Positions 55,105 to 64,000 of a DNA stretch of 64,000 bases are shown in pieces. The stretch spans positions 321,192-385,191 of the forward strand of contig NMRA01000327.1 in the NCBI GenBank assembly GCA_002633005.1, written 5' to 3'. A program made the translations under genes and the position numbers. A model generated the notes under the pieces. The model did no database searches and was not told the origin of the DNA. It saw only the letters and a list, made by a program, of their open reading frames with translations. The DNA is from Phoronis australis. Its lineage: Eukaryota; Animalia; Phoronida. The stretch's first letter is position 1. Each line of letters begins with the position of its first letter.

Positions 55105-55307
55105 GTGCAACGTTCACCGTTCCTGATGAGACCATTGAACAGTTCAATATTCCTGATGTAATGGCAACTCCAGCAGAAGGGAATATGGCTCTGTTAGCTG
55201 AAGGTGGTGTGGAAGGCCCTGTGATTAGTTTACCTGATGAGTTGCCTGGCAACTTCAATAGCACGGAATTTGATTCATTTGTGAAATTTTTAGAAGGAGG
55301 AACTTAG
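55105..55307 (+). CDS. Rel: Rel/NF-kB exon 9 (acidic putative transactivation tail and stop)
   Basis: taacag|GT in phase 1; acidic ATFTVPDETIEQF...EFDSFVKFLEGGT*. Total CDS 1131 nt = 376 aa. Confidence 0.78.
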
Positions 55308-56899
55308 AAGGACATATTGCAGAAAGTGAGAGCTTGTATTCTACGAGGTCCTCGTATGCCATTAGAGCAAGGAAGCAAATTCCTCTTGATTCCTGCTCCA
55401 TTTTTAGACTAGATCCTGGATGGTTATATCAAGGTAACACTGTTGTGTAGTACTAACTTTGCAACTGTGGCTGTTAAATAGTATGATGCAAACATTTTTT
55501 GAAAACTGTAAATTCCATTATTTGAAACGTCCATTGTCTTCCCTTATGAATTATAGATATAGCACAATCGTTTCTCCAACAAAGACATTGTGGACATTTT
55601 GTATTGTATCATATTCAATGAGTCACTGTTTTTAAAGTGCCATGTTTGATGGGCATCCAACCTGTCAAAGTTGTTCATCTACGTTATGCTCATTTTTGTA
55701 CAATATTGGCGAACATTTTCTGTCGCAATGACTTTCACATGGTTCTGAATGACATGAATTTAGTTTGTCACTAAACTTTGAAAACCTATGCATATTTAAT
55801 CAGCTTGTTAGTAAATTTTAGGATGCTTCATATGTGAAAGTATTGGTGATTGTATTAAGGACTGTGGCAGCTGTTTTTGGGCGTGGCTGAACAGGATAGG
55901 AGGGCACTTCCTGTTAATTCTCTGCTAATTACCTGCCATTTTTAATTAATTATTACAGCCACAGGCTGAACCTCATATCAACTCAAAAGGCTGTGTTTAA
56001 GTTTATCTGACATGTGATAGCAACCTTTTTTGTTGTAAATAAAATGGCATGAATTTGACAATTTTGGCAAATAATTGCTGTTTTATGATTTATTCAAGCT
56101 GTATGGAGACGGGTGGCTTGACTCCTGCTCACAGAAATGCATGCATTCAGGTAGTCACGTGGCTCTTGTAGCAGACAATTATCTCTGTGTTGAGGATTTG
56201 CTTTCTGCAGGGAGCTTTATTGATAAGTGCCACCTAGAAAATATCGAGTCACCCCTTTCTGCGATCGAAATTGAATGTTATTTGATTGCTAATATGGTAC
56301 ATGTATTTCACTCTTTTCCTAACATCTTTATGTCTTGTTATTTAACGTTTTTGTCTTTAAAATATATATGTGATTGTGACTGCTGAAAGTTTGGCTAAGA
56401 TATATTATTACCCAGGTACATTCGCTTTATTTGAGGAGTAGATGAAGGTCTTGTAGCCAAAGTCTTCAGTGTCGAGCTAAACATCAAGTTTATTGTGTCG
56501 AATTCCTAATGTGAGCAATTCCTTTTGCGCAAGAATGGGCTGCTGTCCTGGGGGGGTTTTGGCTTTAGTTTTGAAGGGATGGAAAGTTATGGTATCAACC
56601 GTGTAGAGAGCAGAATCGAAAAAAGGGTTCTCAAATTGTAGGGAGCTTCCGTGAAAAAGTCACAATTTCATGGGGTTTTGTTAAAAAAATCACCCTATTG
56701 TAGGAATGAATTAAAAAACTAATTCTGGAATCTTGAACTGCTGAATTTGTATAGTCCATTCTTTGAAATCAGCCCATACCTAAAAAAGACATTGTATTAA
56801 TCGACCTTTCGGTTTACTATCACTTAAAACCATTCTCAAAACAAATGTTCATTATACTCCAGTCAGCTAACACAGGTCGAGAGCAGCCTGCACAGGTAC

Positions 56900-58700
56900 A
56901 CATCAAAATGCAGTGTGTGGGGAGACCAGAAATCAAGTAGTGAAGCTCAGGAGAACCAATGTTTCTATTCAGATATTGAGCTTTTTGACGCCTGTCCAAT
57001 CGACTAACTCAGCTAAAAAGTCTTGTATTAACCTCTCTATTACCAGTGATTTGAGTTGTATTCTCTACACTGAAGTTGTGCCGCCTATTGGTAATTTGGA
57101 CCACTATGCTCTACATACTAGTTTGAGTGATACCGCGCTCGGTACCGATTAGCCTAAAATTTACAAAACCGTGTTGAAATAAAATCGTGCTTACTTCTGA
57201 TTTAGATGAGGTTAACTGGGATGCAGTATTCGATTCCAGCGACATTGACCACATTGAGGATTTGTTTAGTTCAAGTTTCTTAACGTTATTAAAAGTGGCA
57301 TCCCTTATGAAGTAAAATTAATAAACCAAAAATTAACCTTGGTTTAATGAATTAAAAAAGGAAGCGTCGACTGTATGAAGCTTTAAATTTTCCAGTAACC
57401 CCATCCTGTATCAAAGATATAAAGACCAAATTTCAAGGGCGAAAGGTGGTCGTTGCAAAATCTTAATTCAAGCTGCTAGTAAAAAACCAAGAATTCTAAG
57501 GAATACTGGAAACTCATTAAGAATATTCTTGGTCATTCCACTCAAGATACATTTACTTGTCTTAAACAGAATAATATTGGTGATTATACCTCTTGAAAAT
57601 TAGATAAAGTTATTTTCTTAATTATTTCACGAATAAAAGCCATTTGAGACAGCTTTGTTCCGTGACTTTCCAAATATGGATAGTAGGTGTCATCTTCCAA
57701 TAAAGTATAAATGCAGGTGAGGTCAAAAGACTTCTTGAAAATATTGATACGTCGAAGAGTGAATTGTCAACAGATATAACGAGAACATGTTCAAATTACT
57801 TGCAAATCTACATTTTTAATAAGATTTTCCATTGATGTACTTTTCCATCAAGGTGAAAACAAGGATTGATGATACCTGTGCATAATAAAGATTCATCAAC
57901 TGAAGTGTCCAATTATCGCCCCATTACTGTACTCAAAGGTTCTTGAAAAAATATATTCCCGTATATATGACGACTTGATAACTCATAATTTACTGCCAGA
58001 CAAAAGCACCACATCTCAATTCATCGAAATAGTTCACGGTCTCCACTCAGAATTTCTTAAGGGGAATGATGGTTGTGCTGTTTTTCTTGATCTTGCATCT
58101 GCGTTTGATATGGTGCAACATGATCTTTTGTTATTAAAACTTCGTAAGTATGGAATAAATGGGACAGTGTATTGCTTACTTCAGTCGTGTGGGTGGTTTT
58201 GTTTCTGATGAATAGCCAATGCTGGTGTACCGCGAGGCAGTGTCTTGGGGTCGTTGCTTTTTCTACTATTTATTGATGATCTGCCTGATGGACTGTATTC
58301 CAAGAGATTTGATATGCTGACGATGCATCTATTTTTTTTCTTATCCAAAAGACAAACTCGAAGATGTAAGTGGAGAAGGGATCTTTATTTACTGTTTGAT
58401 AGGACAACAAAATGGCGTATGAAGTTCAAAGCGTCCAAAAGTTACGATATAACGTTTTTGCAAAAATCTCTACAGAATACCCACAGACTCCCACGACAGT
58501 ATTTGAAGGACTGTTATTACTCAAAGTGTGTCGGTCAAGCATTTGGGTGTTATGCTTGATCTTCCACTCACTATGAATCATCATTGTGTTCATCTAATTA
58601 AAAAAGACAAAAACTTCTCAACTCATTCAGAACTCTCTTTCGAAATATATTTCCAGTTTATATACCAGTCGTGAGGTAGTACGCACGCAACAATGTCGTA
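56900..58700 (+). pseudogene. Decayed CR1/L2-type LINE ORF2 (end of endonuclease plus reverse transcriptase)
   Basis: Ordered motifs PPIGNLDH, NWD, PWFN, YRPI, STTSQ..AVFLDLASAFDMVQH.LLL.KL, GVPRGSVLG.LLFLLFIDDLP, WRMKF, KHLGV, broken by stops and frameshifts. Confidence 0.9.
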
Positions 58701-59234
58701 TCAAGAACAGCTGCATCGTCATCTTTGAAAACCATAGGTTTGGTTCATGATGGGTTCGGATGAGTATTTTTGTTTTAGTTTATTAACGTACACGACGAGT
58801 TAGGATTCCTTGATAAAACCGTAGACTGAGTAGAGTTCATTGATTGCTTCGAAGGGAAAATTCACCGCCGCGAGTTAATAGTGAATTAGCCGATCGCTCA
58901 TGAAGGGCGGACCGCTTATTGGGTTCGTTAAAATAATGCTCCGATCCATCACTAGTGTTATCTCGATCTTTGGTTGGATGTGGTCGATAGTTTAACAAAT
59001 AAACAACGAATGTGAAGTTCATGAAGTTGTGGCCGGACTAAACGCTACTGATTTCACATAAAATTGGCACGTCAGTGGTACTTTTTGATATTTTTAAAAA
59101 TTCACGGTTGAGATCAAAACATTATCAAACAAAGCAATTAGTAATGGTAGTTACGCTATGGAAAAAGCGTTTGAGACTTCCTTTTCCAGTAGTGGACGAT
59201 AAGAATAAAAACATCATGGTCTTTAAAATGCCGA

Positions 59235-59240
59235 TTTATT
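59235..59240 (-). terminator. Polyadenylation signal of the Spaetzle-like gene
   Basis: AATAAA on the minus strand about 73 nt after the stop codon. Confidence 0.6.
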
Positions 59241-59312
59241 GAATAATTGAGTTATGCATAAATATAACCAGACACAGACACGCAGAGACAAAGTATTCAC
59301 ACGCACTTCATT

Positions 59313-59541
59313 TTAATTGCCGCCATATTTGATGAACAGCTTGAGGGGGTTACCGCAGCAACAGTTGCTGGGGAACTTGAACCATTTAAGGCGGAGCTTG
59401 TACGAGACTTTGTACTGCCAGGTGTCATAGTCGTAGAACTTGTGCTCGACCCAGACGTACAGTGGGCTGTGTGTGAACACCTGTTGGCACTTGGCCAGCC
59501 AGTGGAAATAGAACCAGAAATAGCCATTACAGACTTTGTTG
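59313..59541 (-). CDS. Spaetzle-like cystine-knot secreted protein, exon 5 (last)
   Basis: tttcag|C acceptor. NKVCNG...KCQQVFTHSPL...KWFKFPSNCCCG resembles Spaetzle C.Q.Y....L...SFKIPSCCKC. Confidence 0.85.
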
Positions 59542-60072
59542 CTGAAACAGAGAGCAGGACAATTAGTGACGAGCGCTGACCACAAGAGGCAAGATTCGCG
59601 ACGTGCATTGACAACGACGCGAGCTTAACAACGAGCGCTGACCACGAGACGCGAGCTTAACAATACAATGAGCGCTGACCATTAAAAGTCAGCTTACACA
59701 AAACTAATGGCATTAAACTCTAGGTCTGCAACAAGACGGCGTATATCTCTCTTTATATTGAACTTCAATCTTGTCGCAGGGAGCAGTGGAAAACGACTGC
59801 AAACATTTACACATTGAATGATAGAATCTTAAACACGCTGTTACGCGTAATTAGTAAAAAAACAATAACTTTGTGTAAACGAATTTCAGCTTCTCGGCTG
59901 ACTGAACAGTAAAGACTGTGCAATTTGGTGAAGCTTGATCCAATCAGCATAATGTATACTTTATATTCTCCTCCAATCAGACGTGCACTAATTATAATAT
60001 CTGTGAACGTCGCAAGCAGATTTTTAAATAAAGCTGATTACAGAAAAAGTTCATCGTGTGACGTTGACTTAC

Positions 60073-60204
60073 GCGCAATAGCAGACGTGTATCCACTGTT
60101 GAAACTTGCGGGTTTGGTAAACTTGCACCCATCCATTCCTAGAGAAGGGGACAAGCACTTTGGCTACACGCACCCACCGACAGGCTTCAGTACAGCCTTG
60201 ACCA
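60073..60204 (-). CDS. Spaetzle-like protein exon 4
   Basis: ctttcag|T ... GC|gtaagt. CTEACRWVRVAKVLVPFSRNGWVQVYQTRKFQQWIHVCYC aligns with Spz CRSIRKLVYP....DTWQLIVNNDEYKQAIQIEEC. Confidence 0.85.
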
Positions 60205-60428
60205 CTGAAAGAGAAAGTTTATTGGGCTCTTGTGATGATGAGAAACTTCAACTTACAATAAGGGCTGCAACCAATAAAAAGTGTTGTAAAATTACTTACA
60301 TTGCGTAAAAGTACAGTATAAGTTATTTGAATAAAATGGCTGGAACAGATGAATAAAACTAGGATGAATATTCCCTTAGTATTTAGCGCTTCAAAAAGTC
60401 TGACATGGTTATTGTATGCTACACTTAC

Positions 60429-60563
60429 TATGTACCATCTGGGATCGCTTTAGCAACAGTTGACAAGCGTCTAAGTTTCTTCTCTTGGGGGGGCTTGCCG
60501 TCTTCTTCCCAGACACTGTCTAAAAACTCCTTCTCTTTGTCACTTTGACCCGTTTTTTCAGCA
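60429..60563 (-). CDS. Spaetzle-like protein exon 3 (pro-domain and basic cleavage site)
   Basis: ttgcag|T ... TA|gtaagt; AEKTGQSDKEKEFLDSVWEEDGKPPQEKKLRRLSTVAKAIPDGT; phases fit both neighbours. Confidence 0.82.
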
Positions 60564-60600
60564 CTGCAACAGAAATGAGCTCATTGTAAACATTACAAAT

Positions 60601-60676
60601 TATCGTCATCGTTGTTGTCTTCATCATCGTCATCGTTATCATCTTCATCATCATCACCACCATCATCATCATCCGT

Positions 60677-60713
<37 letters not shown>

Positions 60714-60720
60714 GATCATC
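60601..60720. repeat. (CAT)n microsatellite in intron 2 of the Spaetzle-like gene
   Basis: Run of catcatcat with degenerate flanks. Confidence 0.95.
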
Positions 60721-61055
60721 AACTTCTACAGTTTCAATACAGGTATGTTAGTTCTGCAATTGTCGAGGTTATACTTAGCCTGTTCTAATCATTTTAAGTC
60801 TAGAAATGAATTTTGAAGCTATCAGTGACACATTTAAACCTAGATGCCGTTTATAAAATGAGAAACTCTCTGAAGTCTCTCGCAGAGCTAATTAGATCAA
60901 GCCAATATCAGCGGAACGGTTAGCATGAAACGGTTTTGGTCTCTGACACCCTGTAATGATTGACGCTCATCCCCGAGATATTTTTGATTCCCATAGCAGT
61001 AACAATAAAGTTATAACGAATAAATATATTGTGTGACTTGATCCTGTACGTGTAC

Positions 61056-61234
61056 CTTAAAGTGGCCGTCTCTGAGTATCCGCAGCAGCCATAAGGTTCG
61101 TTGTCTGCTTCATTCATGTGACTTTTACAGTTGCAGATGTCACCCCCGTATGACGACGAGCCCCCTGAATTTGGACCGCCATTCGGCGGAAGGAAGGCAG
61201 AAACAACTGCAACAAGGCCAAGAAGGCACAATGC
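61056..61234 (-). CDS. Spaetzle-like protein exon 2 (signal peptide and Cys-containing pro-region)
   Basis: cttcag|GCA ... AG|gtacac; ALCLLGLVAVVSA-FLPPNGG...CNCK...GCCG. Confidence 0.85.
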
Positions 61235-62685
61235 CTGAAGAAAAAATGTCGGGAATTAGTCACAATTGGACAAGACGATATAAACTAAAAGAATAGAAAT
61301 AGATTAAAGACGCTAGGCCACACCTTTCGTTGTATTCCGGTGTCATGGTACACTGAAGACAAATACGGATATGGCGAAGTTGTGACCGTAAAGCTAAACT
61401 CTCAGCATTAATCTCCTGGCAACCCGACATAGAATCAAAACTACGTCATGATCCGTGGTGCAGTTTACGGTCTTTCAATTCAACCTGGCAACTACCAGTC
61501 TGAAGGTGGGCCAATACTGTTTCGACACAAATAAATGTAAAGGTACGCAAAACACTTGGACCAGGTAAAATACCGCTTCTGGTTGTTTGACTCCGACATG
61601 AAGAACATGGCAGAAATCATTGATATCGTTTTAATTTTTTAGTTATTCCGAAACTTGTAGACACAAGCCAAAGCTTGGAAGAAATAATGTCAATCTTAAA
61701 AACATTTTTGGATTTTGTTAGAAGTCCCCGAAACACCTAAGTTGTTTGAATGATACCTGCTTTTACCTTGAACCCTTGAGATTGTTATTCATAAATAAAG
61801 CTATGTTTCAAAAACTGTTCTGAATGAAAGGGATTTCTTTGAGTTGGCAAACGTTCAAAACATTATAAGTTGATAGTGAATATGGGATTAAATTTGAATC
61901 AAAATCTCTTTATTTCATGCAAAACAATTTAGTCTTTGCGTTTCTCAATGACACCTAGTCACGGAATAGAAAAAAGATTTTAAATTCCGAAACTTATTTG
62001 AATTTTAAACCGTCCAAGCGTAAAGAAGACAACTCCAATTTTACTCCTACGTACGAAGATTGGTAATGCATCACGCAGCATAACGTAAGGACATGTTGAA
62101 AAGTCAACGATTAAACTGATCAGCTGATGCAGATAAAGTTACGTGCTAATTCAATACAAACAAATGAAGTATTTTAAAGTTATGTAAGATCTCATCGACA
62201 AGTCTGAGAATTTTGCCAGACTTAAACTCCGTAACAGTACAATATTTGAAAGTAGTAAGTTGATAGACTTGTTACCAATCTGCCATTAATTGGATCACTG
62301 AACATGTCATTTCAGTAAAAAGTTGGAACAAAGGTACATTGATAGCAATTCAACGGACAAACAATAACAGGGCCAAAATTTCATTTGGTAAAAATATCGA
62401 AGATGAAATCTCAAAAACTCTCTTACGGTTTTCTAAATTATTATTTCGTTTCCGTTTTACTGAACTTGTCATTTTATCATGAAAATCATAACAGTTCTAT
62501 TTTATATATCTTTTTATGCAAAAGCGGAAAGAATACTTAACAAAGTTTGGAGTACACTGCATACAGCACATTTTTTTCCAAGTTTCGTCATATAAATCCC
62601 ACCACTCACTTCTAAGATATGACGTTCCGAAGTTTGCCATATTCGCACCTTCTTCTATGATTCTATGTAAACTTAAAGGACTTAC

Positions 62686-62697
62686 CAAAATCTTCAT
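62686..62697 (-). CDS. Spaetzle-like protein exon 1 (MKIL)
   Basis: ATG AAG ATT TTG|gtaagt consensus donor, phase 0; creates the signal peptide MKILALCLLGLVAVVSA. Confidence 0.8.
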
Positions 62698-62762
62698 ATT
62701 TGCAATCGGCGTCTGGTCACTGTACCAGTCAGAAGCGTGTGGACAAAACTATAAACTCTGCC

Positions 62763-62770
62763 CTTTTATA
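62763..62770 (-). promoter_or_regulatory. TATA box of the Spaetzle-like gene
   Basis: TATAAAAG on the minus strand about 70 nt upstream of the ATG; predicted TSS near 62740. Confidence 0.65.
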
Positions 62771-63299
62771 ATATTCCTGTTCATATACGCAAGCATTTAA
62801 TTGAGGATTAAGTAACAGATTGCGATATAAACGAATTAATATAATCAAAATGTGATAGATATTATACTGCGTAAAATGGGGATAAAATTGGCCCATAGCA
62901 TTTTTCAAATCCTTCCATGGATTACCTTGGAAACCGATATAACGTAACAATTTGAAAACAACAGAAAATCATGGGCATCGTTTTAACGTATGAAAATAGA
63001 TAATAGTCAACATAGATATAAATAGAAGAGTTATGCGTCAGTTGTGAAATTGTAAAACCATAAAAGAGCATTTTTAATACATTATTATTTTACTCTCGAA
63101 TCCAATTTCATATAAAATTTATCGTTTGATTTGTACATGAAGTAACGCCGTTTGAAAACAGCACAGCGCTCTCTCTCTCTGCATAAACAATAAATTGGTA
63201 ATACTGGAATTATTCTCAATAACCAAAAAGAAATGCCACTGTTTGCCTCTAAGTTTCATAAATAACGTATCGCATTTCCTAATATTCTAACAGTCTTCT

Positions 63300-64000
63300 G
63301 TACACCGTCTGTTGCTATATCTCTAAAACTTCTTACTAGATGTTCATGAAATTTTTTAGAGATGTTCCTACCATGAATAGAACAACGCGGCCGAATTTTT
63401 TAATGGATCTGATTACCGCTGTGCCCACTAGTGTCCATTTTTTACGTTTGCCTCTGTATCTTCAGAGTTCCGTAACGGATTTTTACGAAATTTGGCAAAA
63501 CAGGTATCCAGTAAAGAGACGACATCTCCTTCCCAGCAGTTTTTGAATGGATTCAAGGTATTCTGTGTCATCCAGTGCCCATTTTTAATGTTTTGATGCA
63601 AATTGGCAAATGCGTTCTTGATAGGAAGAGCGCGACTGAGTATGATTTTTGGTCTGTTCCAACTACTACTATCACATCTCGTAGTAATAGTTTTGTGGGA
63701 TTTTTGTCATCCACAGATGAATCTCCTTAACCCTTTGCAGAATTTTTGTTTAATTCTGTAAAAGTGTTTCTATGAACGTGACAACAAATCACGACGTTAT
63801 GATAGATCCAGAGTTCTTTGACGGAAAGAGACGATAATACCTTCCCATTTTCGGATCGATTTGAGCTAGTGTGCACCACCCGATGGCCAATTTTATTTTT
63901 TTTTTCGAACCTGTTCTTTGTCGTCCGCCTCCCTGTTCTGCAAACTACTTAAAGAATCATGGTGAAATGTGGGCTAATTTCATTTTCCTTGCAGTGATCC
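63300..64000 (+). mobile_element. Diverged Helentron/DINE-1-like family B-related fragment
   Basis: Degenerate modules (gtgcccactagtg, ttttcggatcgatttg, caccacccgatggcca) resembling 47099-48803. Confidence 0.6.

Noticed and set aside
55280-55310. Programmed -1 frameshift at aaattttta before the Rel stop
   Set aside because: The heptamer is not in the X XXY YYZ register of the Rel frame
60520-60711. Poly-Met ORF
   Set aside because: Translation of the (CAT)n microsatellite
62276-62305. Alternative first exon for the Spaetzle-like gene (MFSDPINGRL|gtaaca)
   Set aside because: Phase-compatible, but the MKIL exon has a consensus donor, a TATA box and gives a better signal peptide

Overview
AT-rich, intron- and transposon-rich animal genomic DNA (an invertebrate bilaterian is my inference). 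It holds four protein-coding genes, which I assembled by hand from splice sites and reading phases because the ORF track only catches fragments. (1) The last three exons of a pecanex gene (+, 1332-3855). (2) A complete two-coding-exon MRPL14 (-, 6472-9927). (3) A complete but strongly divergent 9-exon, 376-aa Rel/Dorsal-type NF-kB gene (+, 25639-55307). (4) A complete 5-exon, 228-aa secreted Spaetzle-like cystine-knot precursor with a TATA box and polyA signal (-, 59313-62697), 4 kb tail-to-tail from the Rel gene. The rest is mostly non-autonomous DNA transposons: a 6.6-kb foldback element, an inverted Kolobok-like pair, two Helentron/DINE-1-like families (one carrying arrays of CTCF-like motifs), and hAT-, pogo- and Harbinger-type MITEs. 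There are also decayed LINE and Penelope fragments, minisatellites and two N gaps. The most notable observation is a candidate Toll-ligand gene beside an atypical Rel gene. All homology calls come from remembered family motifs, not from database searches.
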